Translations under genes and position numbers: made by a program
In this document: in pieces, positions 32,989 through 45,924 of the stretch
Numbering within the stretch: position 1 is the first letter of the stretch
How the letters are laid out: each line of letters begins with the position of its first letter
The notes under the pieces: model-generated
Told to the model about the DNA's origin: nothing
Database searches by the model: none
The model's input: the letters and a program-made list of their open reading frames with translations, nothing else
Assembly (NCBI RefSeq): GCF_000143415.4
Contig: NW_003314262.1
Coordinates: forward strand, 2,301,046-2,365,045
From: Selaginella moellendorffii
Taxonomy: Eukaryota; Plantae; Lycopodiophyta
DNA: 64,000 bases
Direction of reading: 5' to 3'

Positions 32989-35359
32989 TCTTGTAAAAAA
33001 GTATCCTGTGGAACCAAGGGAATATTCTAATAATATTTTAATATGTGTATTTGAAATGGTTATTGAAACGTACTTTAATCAACTTTTTGGCATTGCTTGT
33101 GTTTTTGAAATGGTTATTAAAACATACTTTAATCTATTTTTGGTTTGCTTAGACACTGGGATGGTAGTGAATATATTTAGAAAATGCTTGAAAATTCTAG
33201 GATATTTTACTATCGAACGCTTGTTATTAATTTAGATTAATTTTGTATTTATAATTTATAACATATTTATAATTTATAAACTTGTTATGCAATAAAATTA
33301 ATCTTTTATTTATAAATTATAAACATATTTATAATTCTAAAGTTTTATTTGATCAATTAGATTAATAAGTAGGAATAATACTACTATTAAGCAAACCAAG
33401 CATTGCGACATGCAATGCATAGCAAATTATTTAGATTAGTAGGAAGATATAGTGTAACTTTAATTGTCTAATGAGTGATTTAATATTTATTTTTGTTTAG
33501 ATTTAGCTTTTATATTGTTTAAATATTTTATTCTTATATAGATTTTATACTTTTTAACATTTGTACTTCCTTTTCTTTTTATTCATCTTCATGATAGAAT
33601 AATAAACTACTTCTTATAGTAGCCCCTCTTGTAGCTAGTGCAGTTGTTTGATATTATATGGTTACAATTGAACAATCAGACTTAATTGTTTTTATAATCA
33701 ATTTTTGTGGTTGGCTAGATTTCATTTGTGGGAATTCTAGCAATGATGTGTACCATTGGGTTGATTAATTTGTAGTGATTTCCATTTATCATTTTTTGGG
33801 ATGATATTTAGCATTTATATAAGTTTTCCACTTGTTTTCAAAGACAGTATTGTAATAGTTATAATGGTCTAAGTGCAACCACCTATACAAATTGGAATCT
33901 TCTCCTAGATGTTTTTAAATGTGCAATTAGACATATTGATAATTATAATGATATCTTCCAATGAGTGTATCATCTTTGTCAAGTGCCATTTAAGTTCATT
34001 ATGTAATTTAGTATTTACTTTAAAAGCTTCTTGCTTTGTGCAAAACCAAATATGTCGAAGTGAATCAATTTGGGAATTTTATGACTAACGCTTGGCCAAA
34101 ATTTTATGGGATTTATACATATGCTAGTTTAACCACCCTTCCTAACATTCTTTAAATAATATAATGTTATGAAACATTACTTCTCCCATTTATAGTTATA
34201 TGTGGTTCAACTCTATTTCCTATAAAAGATGATTTAGTTTTGATGAAAATTGACATTACTAATGCTTGTGTTCAATGATGAAGATAAGGATGAGGATGTG
34301 GCTATGATGTTTGCTATTGATTGTGTGATAAGATTGGCCATATGTATCAATGTTTCCCAAAATAGCATTTTCCATTGCTAAATGAAGGCCTTGGTTCAAT
34401 AATATCATATTAGTGTCAATGTAGTGAAAGGTTTTGATATAAATATTTTTTCAAAAAATAAAGAGTCATAGAAGTAATAGAGGGTCTTTTTATAAATAAG
34501 TTAGTGACCCCTCCATTCTACCACCAAAGGGGGGTTCACTTGACAAAAGTTTATACAATATTCACTTTCTAAACTTTCATGATAAAAAGTCTCATATTAT
34601 CTTTTATGTGTTAGTTAATATAGGTTTGAGTTTATTTTTATTGTTTAGCCTATTGCTATATCCTATTTACATTTATATTGTGTAGTAGAGCCAGTCTTCA
34701 TTTTTTATAACAATGGCAATACACATGCAAATGGGTGAGACAATGTTAACTTAATTGTATGTATTGGTGATCATAAGGTAGTGTTGAATCAAATTTTTAA
34801 CTTGTCTCATACTCCCTTATGTCTTTTTATTCCTTTCATTTTTGTTCCATTTCATCCTTTTGTTTTTACTTTTGCTTCTATCATTTTTATTTTCTCATTA
34901 TTATTTATTGCATTTCCTTCTTACTCTTATTCCCTTTCGAAACCCTTTAGATGGTCTTTATGCTATTGCATTTGACCAACTCAAAAAGAAGTATATTAAT
35001 TTCTTCAACTTTGATTTATTTTATAGGGTTAAGATTGTAATATATCATTCTATTCCTACTAAAGATGTTTGTCCAATAAAAAAATTAATTTGGCATCGGT
35101 CACCAAAAGACCCTTCTCTAACATTTTCTTGATATCCATTCATAAGATCTTGGCTTATTATTCAAAAGTCTCAAAGTATTAGGGTGTGTGAACCTTAAGG
35201 AGTATTCAATTTAGCATTGAATATGGTTCACATAATACTTGCTTTTAAGTTCTTTCAGATACTAAAAGCTAAGGAGGATATTTCTAGTGTTGTTACCATT
35301 ATGATAAGGTGCAATATCTTAAATGTTTTATTGATCATTTTTCTAATTATATTGCATAT

Positions 35360-36100
35360 GGGTACCCCTACTCCCCCACTTCCATCTTGAAGGGAAGGCC
35401 CAAGCCCCTAGGAAGGGCGAAGACTAATGAGCCATTAGGTATTCAAATAGGGCATCACATCATATGAGCTGGGAGCATTGCAATAAGTTTCCCTTCCAGG
35501 AGCGAGAGTTACTTTTAAACACTTCCTTCGGTGGCCCTTCCAACACCACCCAAATCCATGCTCACTTCCACCTAAGGCCCCTAAGCCCCAATCTCAACTT
35601 CAAGTCAATTTGAAAGCATCATTGGAGGTTCTTTCAAGACTAGTTTCTGGATATTACTATCCTTATTATACTTTTGGAACCCCCTACAATGCCCTCCCCC
35701 CCCCGGGAGACACACGTTTTAGGCTTTCACCCATGATCTATATTGGTATTCGGACTCAGTCTCGGACTTGATCTTGGACTTAATCTCGGACTCAACCTCA
35801 AACTTAGTCTTAGACTTGGTCTCAGACTCGATCTTGGACTCAATCTCGGACCCAATCTTGGACTCTGTCTCAGACTCGACCTTGGACTTGGTCTCGGACT
35901 TGATCTTGGATCTCATACTCGGTCTCAAACTTGGTCTCAAACTCGGTCTCGGACTTGATTTTGGATTTGGTCTCGAACTTGGTCTTTGGTCTCGAACTTG
36001 GTCTCAGAGTTAATTTCGAACTCGATCTCGAATTGGGTCTCATTTGATAAACTTTTTATCATTTCGGTTGTGTTTTTGGGGATCCTTTAGCCTACGACAT
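35360..36100 (-). mobile_element. Decayed fragment of the long satellite-bearing LTR family
   Basis: Colinear with 57200-58300 (ggctttcaccc followed by the GGACTC/GGTCTC array), with many C-to-T and G-to-A changes. Confidence 0.75.
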
Positions 36101-36439
36101 CTCAGAGAGTTAGTTCCTTACAACTCCACCACCTATAGAAGTTTGATATATGTCTCTTTTTAATCCTACAACTTGTTGACTATGTCTCCGAGGGCATCCC
36201 CCCACTTAGCGGTATGCCTAAGTTAGCCTCCCCAGCCAAGAGCCCATGACAACGGAATATAGATGTCCCTATACCCCTCACCTCACCATGCCCTAGTATG
36301 GGGTTGAGATTTGAACCTAGCCTTGCTTTATTAGAGGGTTAGGACTCAAACCTAACCTCTGTAGAATACATCTATGGATTTAACATCCCCATAGGGAGTC
36401 AAATGTAGTTCTTTACACCTGGTTGACCTAGATAACCCA

Positions 36440-38480
36440 TGCTAATTAACTTAGCATGCCTTCAGATTGTTTACTTTACCTCTTGTTGAGTAAAGTCAAA
36501 TTTGTTTTCTTTAGCATACAACTTGTGTTCCCTTAGTTTCTCAAATACCTTTGTTAAGTGTTCGATATACTCCTCTAGTGTTTCGCTATAGATCAAGATG
36601 TCATCAATGTAGATGACCATGAAATAATCCAGATAGAGTACAAAAATGTGATTTATTAGTGCTGAGAATATCACTAGTGCATTGCACAGCTCAAAGAGCA
36701 TCACTAGAAACTCAAAGCTTTTATACCTTGTCCAACAAGTTGCCTTTTCAACATCTTCCTCTGCTACCTTGATCTAATAGTACTCTGATCTAGGTCAATC
36801 CTCAAAAAGTATTTTGTTTTTCTCAACCTATTGAATAAGTTGTCAATGCTTAGTAAAGGGTATTTGTTTTTCTTTGTATACTTCTTGAGCAACCGATAGT
36901 CTATGCACAAATGTATAGAGCCATTTTTCTTTTTTACAAATAACACTAGTGCCCCATATGGTGACTTGCTCAGCCTAATTTACCTTTTTCTCAGCAACTC
37001 AAGTTGGCACTTGAGCTCTTCATGTTCCTTTTCATTCAATTGATAAGGGGGACAAACCATCACCTTAACACTATTGACCAGCTTGATCTTATATTTGATC
37101 GGTCGTGTGAGGGGTAATCTTGCCGATAACTCCTTTAGTATGGTATTTTGAAATTAGTCTAACATCTGCTAGATCACTAAAGGTATTTTTTCTATTCTCG
37201 TCTTTTTGTCACTCCTCACTAAGAGTAAACACAAAAATGCTACTTTCGTTCCTTTAGTGAGTTATTCTCTTGTGGACACCAGGTTTAAGTAGGAGTCTTT
37301 AGCTTTACTTTGCCCTACCTTTAGATTCTGGGCTTGCATCCTAGACTTAGCATTATCTATCAAGTATGGTTTAGCACATGGGGCTTTCTCTAAGCTCGGT
37401 AACTGCAACACTTAAAAGTAATCCTTTATATCGTAAAATCAATCATTCACCATCTTATAGTTATTCAATCCCTTGAAGATCGATGGGGGCTTTGGTTTGT
37501 ACTTGGAAACTATTTGAGGGATTGATTCCACTTTAATTTGTTCAACTTTGTTCAATTTCGCTTTAGTCCCTGCTAAAGGGTCTATGCATTTTGCACTGTT
37601 AGCATCTATAGTCTTTTGCTTTCTCTTTCACTTTTTGTCACGTTTTAGCTTGTATACAAGGGTTTCTAGTAGGGCATTGGTCTATGGTAATTGTCCTTCT
37701 AGAATGTTCAATTGAACCTTGTACGACTAAACCTCACCACCAAACTCTTGTTTGGAAGTTTTCTCACTAGAGTCTTCCTCATGCAAGGATTTCTTATCCA
37801 TAACTTCTTATTCGACTAAAGGCTTCAACTTTGGAAGAGATTTCGTCTCTGCCGTAGTTCTCTTATGCCTTGCTTTAGCCATCTCTCAGCAATTTACCTC
37901 TATCCTTTGCTAAAACTAAAGAAAAGACTTTGATACTAAATTGTAAGCCATAAATTTTTCTTTTCTAATTTGCTAATTTATCTCGTCTATCTGACCACTA
38001 TGGCCTTGGCCTTAATAAAGTTCCCTTGCTAAAATTCCCACTTATTATACCAACTTCTACTCGGTCTTATTTAGTTTCAGCAACTCACTATATGAATAAC
38101 AGAGCATTAGCCATCCATCTATAGATTCCAAAATTCTCTCCCAATTCCCCTTCCCAGGTTAAATTGGACTTAAGGTTCGGCTACATTCCTTACAAGCACA
38201 AGTAGCCAAGCACACCAAGCCTCTAGGTTTTTAACATCCTATGGTACAACAAGATTTGATTATAGAACCCTCTAAATCCCAACCCTTAAGTGCAACACTT
38301 GTTTCAGGACACAGTTTCAAACTTGGTATTGGACTTGGTCTCGGACTTAGTTTTGGACTCAATCTCAAACTCTATTTCAAACTTAGTCTCAGAGTCAGTA
38401 TTAGACTCGATCTCAGACTCAATCTTATCCAATGAACTCTCTATCATTTTGATCATGCTCTTAGGGATCCTTTAGATATG
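36440..38480 (-). mobile_element. Ty3/gypsy relic: LTR fragment, PBS, gag leader and RT
   Basis: RT motifs [17 protein letters not shown]...NKYPL..IDNLF and FMVIYIDDILIYS with stops and frameshifts; degenerate Met-tRNAi PBS (tgatactaaa, ~37931-37940) abutting the LTR end. Confidence 0.85.
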
Positions 38481-38827
38481 ATACCTTGAGAAGTTGGCTT
38501 TTTACACTAAGATGAACTTGAATGTCTAGTAGTAGTTTAGGGTTTTAAGAACTTTATATGTACTTACATAGTTCTTAGATGCTACTAAAGGATGATCATT
38601 TTGTTGTCATTTTATTGCTAAAGTAAAAGAACTAGATTGGCTATATTGTTTAATAAGCCTTGAAGTTTTAGTTTTACAACTTTAAATTGTTTATCACCCT
38701 TAAAACTTATTGGTTAATGCTATTCTAAGCTCCTCTTTCTCCTCCTCTTTTATTTTCTATTCCTAAGGTGCCTATTGTTTAGTTGTTGGTGGATTTTTTG
38801 GACAAAAATTTATATACTATCAATAAT

Positions 38828-39970
38828 TGTTATATATTAAAGGGAATGATTTGAGAAAGGTCTAAAGGGGTTTAAGGATTAATAGAAAAGGGCCCACAAA
38901 TAAAAATGGACCATTTTTAAAAATTTATTCATGAAGTTAAGTATTTTTTGGATTTTAGTAATACTAGAATAGATAACCTTTTAGAAAGTTTAAATATGGG
39001 AGTTTATGTTTGGTAGAGGGGTTTTAAGTTTGACTCTATGGTCCAATTTGGTTGACTAAGGTAATCATATCAGATGTTGAGATTAATATTTAGTGATCAA
39101 GTTTGGCTGGCTAGGGGAATCATATCACATATTGAGATTAATATTTAGCAGTTAAGTTTGGTTGGGTAGGGGAATCATACCATATATTGAAATTAAAATT
39201 TAGCAATCTAGTTTGCTCTTATTAAGCTAAATTTGAATTAAAATTGATATTTGATAGTTTGGGATAAATCAAGGGGTATAGCATTAAGAGAATAAGACTC
39301 TTGAGAGAATTATAATTCTTAATTTCCATTCACAAGGGTATAAACTTGTAAAGAAGCATAATAAATTGTAAAAAACTAAAGGGTACAGATTGAAAGAAGT
39401 CCATTGAGGTTTAGAGGGAAAACTCATGAATAAAGTGCACTCTCTTTTCTAATTAGTTAAAAGTTTTAAGATATATGGAATTAAACATTTTTAGGTTTGA
39501 ATAATATTAGGATAGGTAAACTTTTAGGAAGTTTGAATTAACTATATATTGAAATTGATATTTGGAAAGGTAAGGTATTAAGAAAGCAAGGCTTTAGGAA
39601 AGTTATAGCTTTTATTGTTTAAAGATAAAAAGGAAAGAACTTATAAATAAAATTGCACTCCTTTTTCTAATTGATTAAGAGTTTTGGGATATATATCCCT
39701 GAGTTTGAGTAGTATTGAAACTCTGATATGTTAAAATTGATATTTAGTAATTTATTTTAATCAAAATTGATATTTGGTGATTTAGTTTTCTCTTGCTAGG
39801 CTTAACTTGATAGGTAGGGTGTCAAAAGAGTGGGGTCTCAAGAGATTGTGGCTCTTAGCTTGGGCATGAATTACAAGGAAATATAGTGGATTATAAGTAA
39901 AGGAAACGGCTCAATAATAGTATATAGGGGTTTAAAAATAAATAGAAAAAAACTATGAATAAGAGTAAAT
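38828..39970 (+). mobile_element. Degenerate tandem array of TRIM-like units
   Basis: Repeats of the short LTR (tgt..ctaaaggg...ttttagRaagtttRaat) and internal blocks (gagattaatatttag, caagggtataaacttgtaaagaagcataataaat) homologous to the TRIM at 45370-45847. Confidence 0.65.
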
Positions 39971-40758
39971 TTTAATGAATGATAAGCTCCTTTTCATTAA
40001 AATCAGATTTTCCCATCATAGTAAGACACAATAATATATGTCCATATGCTATGTCTTAATTCACTTCAATATTTTCCTTTTATCTTTTTTATTTATTTAT
40101 TTTTGTAACATTGGTTTAACATAAGATAATCACAGAGTAAAACCTAAACCCTTGGACATGTACACCAAGGACAGCAAAGCTGAACCTGAATTTTAGGGCC
40201 TTAGGCCTTTAAATAAAAGTAGAAAGCCAAACTCCCAAGTTACAACCAAGGAACAAAACAATTGGGGCATGAAACAACTCTTGAGTATATAGCCCAAAAA
40301 TGAAGGGATAAGAGTACAGAATGACATTTGGGTAATCCTAAAACATCTAAAATCCTAACGCCAAGACTAGTATATAAAACGGAAATAACAAAGTTTAACA
40401 CTATTTTAATTACCAGTGGCTTAATGCAAGGATATAGGTATTCCATCACTAATATAGTATGGAACCTAAGCCAAATGCAAAATAAAGACAAACACGCAAG
40501 TATAGAGTTAGATTATATTATGTACACATGGTTTTCACATTTTACCCTATGGTGGTTTAACAGAAGCATCTAGTGACATCCCAAAAGTCTGAACTAATGA
40601 TTTTACAAATATTTAGAATACATTTGGAAGTGTTTAAGAAAGTTTATAAATTATAAACATTAATGGATTATGTTAGAATATCAAAGTATATTCTTGATAT
40701 ATCCATTACCCATTAGCACCCATTAAAAAATGCTAAGTCGACGTGACCTAGGTATGTT

Positions 40759-40858
40759 NNNNNNNNNNNNNNNNNNNNNNNNNNNNNNNNNNNNNNNNNN
40801 NNNNNNNNNNNNNNNNNNNNNNNNNNNNNNNNNNNNNNNNNNNNNNNNNNNNNNNNNN
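40759..40858. other. Assembly gap (100 N)
   Basis: Run of N. Confidence 1.
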
Positions 40859-41127
40859 ATAGTCATTGGCTAATCCATTAAATATTTGTCCATTTCGTAT
40901 TTATTAAAAGATAAAAATTACGACATAAATTAAATTTTAAATATAAAATTTTATTGTTATGTGTTATTTTTGTTAAAACAAAATTATGGATGTACTTTAT
41001 AAGAAATATTCGTTATAAATATTTTATAATTTATGATCATATATATTTATTGTACTAGACATATTAAATATTATAAGCATAGAATTTACACAGCTTTACT
41101 ATCTATATTCTTCTTATACTTATTGTA

Positions 41128-41520
41128 ATGAAAATATTTTTTACAACTACTATATTATTGGTGTATAGTTTTCTGATACTAGTTAGAACCAGTTTTTCAC
41201 AACCTTGTGAGGATATTACTCCAGGATATTTTAGATCTAATAATGAAGTTGCCCCTGAAGGGTTTCGAGATCAATTAACTGATGTCTATAGACAAATATA
41301 TTCTAAGGATGCCATTTCAAAAACACTCAATTACAAGTCACCAACAGAAATATATGGAACATCTCGTTGTAATATAAGTTCAAATGCTAAAGATTGCTTA
41401 TATTGCTTAGCTGTTATAATAGCTGTCAATGATCAACAAATTGTGTTATCAACTGGATTTGCCATGTGTTCTGCAGATAATAATTGCTACCTACGGTATG
41501 AAACATATAATTATTTTTAA
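41128..41520 (+). CDS. Secreted single-DUF26 (Gnk2 / stress-antifungal) cysteine-rich protein, 130 aa, intronless
   Basis: Hydrophobic signal peptide; C-X8-C-X2-C motif (CNISSNAKDCLYC) preceded by IYGTSR; C-terminal CYLRYETYNYF; six Cys. Confidence 0.88.
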   Translation: MKIFFTTTILLVYSFLILVRTSFSQPCEDITPGYFRSNNEVAPEGFRDQLTDVYRQIYSKDAISKTLNYKSPTEIYGTSRCNISSNAKDCLYCLAVIIAVNDQQIVLSTGFAMCSADNNCYLRYETYNYF

Positions 41521-41839
41521 AAACTTGATTATAGCAATATAAATCCTTTCAAAAACACTTAGAAATAAAACTTATCTTTGATTTTGGTTGCAAACTTACT
41601 AAATTTTTCATTCTTAAATTGTGTCATAATATACAATTGTTAACTAAAATTATGATTAATTTGTTTTTATAAATATATTATTTACTGTTTCTATATTTAA
41701 AAGTAACTATATACTTCTTTATTTCAAATAGTTCATAAATACAATATATATTATTTACAATTAATATTAGTTCCTAATTAATTTATATTTTATGTAATTA
41801 AGTACTTATATAAAAACTATAAACCAAAACTATACTATT

Positions 41840-43950
41840 TGTATAAATAAGTTTAGTTGGGTAGGCATGATTGACTAACTTAAGGCATAATCTAACTCCC
41901 ACTTGCATATCTGTTCTTGTTTTGCATCTGATTTGGGTTTAAGCCCAAGTTTTATATGCTAGTTGATGGAATACCCATATTTTCGTGTTAGGTTATTGAT
42001 ATGCTGAAATAGTGCTAAACTTCATTTGGCTTTGTTTTGTGTGTTGATCCTGGCATTGGAATGTTGGATGTTATAGGATTGTTTCAAGTCGTTCCCCTTT
42101 TACTCTTTGGGTTATACACTCGAGAGTCACTTTGTGCTCGAGTTCATTTGCTCTTTGGCTCCATGTTTGAGAGTTTGGCTTCATTCCTTCATTCAATGGC
42201 CTAAGATTTTGAAACTCGGGTTCCACTTCACTGTCCTTGGACACATGGCATATGGCACGTGGCATATAACACGTGGTACATAGAGGGTTTATGTTCTGCT
42301 TTGTGGTTATCCTATGGTAAATCACCATAGGATAAATGGTGAAATCCGTGTGTGTTACATTTGGTATCAGAGTATATGTCTCAACGAGTACTATTTAATG
42401 AGATTGGGCAATTAGTCTCATTGCATATGCATAGATGAAAGAAATAATCCAAATGGGTACACATTTAGGTGCTACGACTTCATATTTGTTCCTTGGGTAT
42501 GTATTTTGGTTACTTTTTTGTACCATATTTTATGAGCTTGCTCTTGGGCTCATAAGTTGGACTAAAATGTTCTGTTTGCATGAGTTTGTGCTTGGGCTTG
42601 TGAGTGAGGCACATTAGCAACTTAAGATTATAGTTTGAGTTGGCAGAATTAATGTTAGTCTATTAATAATTACCATGAGTTGAACCATGTACCATAGGTG
42701 AAAGTAAACCTCCTCTAGGTTTGCTATAAGTGGCAAATAGGTTGGTCTATAACTGCTTAGCATGGCACTAATGGATTCCTTCTAGGCATGATTATAAATG
42801 GATTAATTAAGATTGTAGGGATAAGTCTANNNNNNNNNNNNNNNNNNNNNNNNNNNNNNNNNNNNNNNNNNNNNNNNNNNNNNNNNNNNNNNNNNNNNNN
42901 NNNNNNNNNNNNNNNNNNNNNNNNNNNNNATTTCAAGTAGTTCTTGTTGTGCTCTCTCATAAACTTTTCTTGGATTGGATTGAAGGTAGGGTAAATATAA
43001 ACTTTAGGTTTGGTTAAAGATGAGACTGAAAAGAGAGTCCTCAAGGACAAAGGATTAAACACATAAATCATTTTCTCTTTTGGGAGAGATGATTTACAAC
43101 AAAATATTAACTTATTGATCGTATTCATATCATGCAATCAAGAGTCTCTATCTTGGTGCATGTTGGAAATGATAGTCTTATAAATGATGAGTTGTGGAAT
43201 GGATAATGGTGAAGTGTTAAACCATTTAGTTTAGGCTTGCTATTGAAGATTTGGGTTGCTTAATTCTTTTATGGGAAACTTTACTATTGCTCCTTGAGTA
43301 GCTTGGTTTTAGATTAGTTTTGAGTTTGGTCAAAAGGAGAGTATCATAAACTTGTCTGAGTTGTGAACAAAAGTTGGTAATGTTTGGTGTTGTAAATCTC
43401 TATTAATGGGGCGTAGTATTTATGTTGCATTTTGTCAAATTGAATTGGTATTTGATATTCACATAAACCTTTGAAGTAATGACCTTTGAAATTGCAAAAA
43501 GTTGACATGTTAATACCTGTATTATAGTTTTATCTATGAGGAGGTTGTGTACCAATATGAGTCCATTTCATGGTCTTTGCTTTAGTTTCAACTGAGTGTT
43601 GATGATGCATAGCTAGCCTCTTCAAGGCATGTTTAGAGCTATTGGCTAGATATTTTAGTGCGCTTATTGCAGTTTGATTGGATTTGAGTGGTCATTTAGT
43701 TCGTATTTGTTCACAAACCTTTATCTCATACCTAGGGTATTACGTTCATGTTGGATAAATATATGACTTGATGACATGAGTTTAGTGTTTGGGTCTTATG
43801 AAGGTAAGTTGAAGAGTGGTTGCTTTGCAACTAATGATTACTAGTAAACTTCATTGAGGACCGTTGACACTTGCTTCACTCGATAATGATTTAGTAATGA
43901 TAAACTTGCTTTATTAGATGGTGTTGTGGAGGATCATAATGTGGCTTGCA
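41840..43950 (+). mobile_element. LARD-like LTR family: 3' half of the LTR, Met-tRNAi PBS and non-coding internal region
   Basis: LTR ends gttaCA at 42359, then TTTGGTATCAGAG. The internal region is the reverse complement of ~59500-60408. Confidence 0.8.
42830..42929. other. Assembly gap (100 N)
   Basis: Run of N. Confidence 1.
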
Positions 43951-44317
43951 TGGTTTTTCCATGGTGGTATATCAATTCCTTTATTGATATAATTTCTATC
44001 TCTTAAGTCATTCTCTTTAGTTGCTTACTGACACCCTACCCCTCAGGTCGAGCCCAGCCAAAGGCAAACTAGATGTCAATTTCAACATTTGGTGATTCTC
44101 CTACACAACCAATAGAGTCAAACCCAAAACCCGCTTTGATACCAAATTATAAACCACAATTTATTAGCTTACCTCGTTTATTTGACCATCAATGCCTTAG
44201 CCTTGATTAAGTTCACTTGCCAAGGTTATTGCATATTGTAATAGCTCTTACTTAGTCCTACTTGGTTTTAACTACTTATTGCACAAGAAAGGAGTTCCAC
44301 TCCCACTCTCGACTTTT

Positions 44318-45245
44318 TGTCGCACACATGGTTTTCACCCTTTATCCTATGGTGATTTACCATAGGATAACACCACAAAGCGGAACCTAAACCCTCCATG
44401 TGCCACATGTCCATAAAATAGTGGTGTGGAACCTGAGGTTCAGAACCTTGGGCCACTGAACAAAGGAACAGTACCAAACTCCCAAGCATAGAGCCAAGGA
44501 GTGATAAAACTGGACCACGGAGCAACTCTCGAGCATACAGCCCAAGGAGCAAAGGGACAAGAGCCCGGAGCAACTTGGAACAATCCTAGAACAACCAAAA
44601 TCCTAATGTCTAGTCGGCCATACCCAACCTACCCACTATCCCTACTATACATTTAAGAACCCCCCCCCGAGGAACACATGCTTTGGGCTTTCACCCCAAA
44701 CCTCCCTTAGTATTAGGAGTTAGTCTCTAGAACAAGCTCGAAACTTATTAAATATGAAATGGCAATAGAATACAAATTTGGATACAGGACGAACACCATT
44801 GTGTTCAAGCCAATTTCTACATTCCATAGATATGCCAAATGAGCAAATCTACACACTTTATATAAATAGCATTTGGGACCGAAATGAGACTAACACAAAG
44901 GGCATGATAGCGAGGGTGTTTGGCAAACACAGTAAGCTATCATCCAGCAATATTGAGGAACTAATCTCAATATGTGAGAGCTCTTGCCAAGCTAGTGCAA
45001 GACAAAGCAAAAGAGAACTAACAAGCCAGGCTAAGTATGCTCAGCTAAATAGACACTTAGGAATTCCTTCCTTATGCTCATCCAGCCAAGTACAGATGCA
45101 AAATTCAGTTTACTAACACTTGAACAAGAGGGACTAATAAAGGGTCCAGCAATACTGGCTTCCTGCCATCGTGGCAATAAGGAAAGAGTGTCTGTAAGGA
45201 CTGGCCGACAAATAACTTTCGATACCCAAAATCACATTCGAAACA
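44318..45245 (-). mobile_element. Solo LTR of the LARD-like family with a 5-bp TSD (CTTTT), inserted in another LTR
   Basis: TG...CA ends; CTTTT at 44313-44317 and 45246-45250. The paralogous empty site near 58352-58400 reads through with a single CTTTT. Confidence 0.92.
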
Positions 45246-45369
45246 CTTTTCGAATGGGAGCTTTTAGTCCAAATATGTTATACTCATTTGGCCTCTGCTT
45301 CGGCCACTACCATGTGACACCCTCTTGGCTCCACTTTAGGGCTTAGGGATCTGTATTTCACAACTTGAT

Positions 45370-45847
45370 TGTAAATAACTAAAGGGAATGACTCGAGAAA
45401 CAATCCATACAATTAATGGTCTTGGGATATTTAGGGTTAAATGTCTTTGGGTTCAAATAGTACTTGGTCGAGTGACTTTTTAGAAAGTCCAAATTCAAGA
45501 GCTTATATTTGGTATTAAAGAGATCTTGACTCCGACTTTATTGGTTAATTTAAGGGAATTACACCACATATTGAGATTGACATTTGGCAAGTCTAGTTGC
45601 CTCTAGTTGGGCTCAACTCGAGGGGTAGGGTGTTAAGAGAGCAAGGCTCTCAAGAGAGCTATGGCTTTTAGCTTCCATTCGCAAGGGTGTGAATTTGTAG
45701 GGAAGTTTAATAAATTGTAAGCAACTAAAGGGAATAACTCAAGAGACGATCTATATAAGTCTTAGGATATTTGGGGTTAAACATCCTTGGGTTTAAATAT
45801 TACTGGGTCAAGTGATCTTCTAGGAAGTCTAAATTCAGGAGCTTACA
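45370..45847 (+). mobile_element. TRIM (terminal-repeat retrotransposon in miniature), 478 bp
   Basis: LTRs at 45370-45507 and 45716-45847 (TGTAA...GCTTAYA); degenerate PBS TTTGGTATTAAAG at 45508-45520; purine-rich tract before the 3' LTR; no ORF. Confidence 0.85.
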
Positions 45848-45924
45848 TGCTTGTGCTTAAGTCTAGTCTAATCTAGAGAGGGGGATTGGGAGAGAATTTG
45901 GGAATCTGTGAATGAATAGTTAAC

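Noticed and set aside
45365-45852. TSD around the TRIM
   Set aside because: Flanks TTGAT and TGCTT do not match well enough to call.
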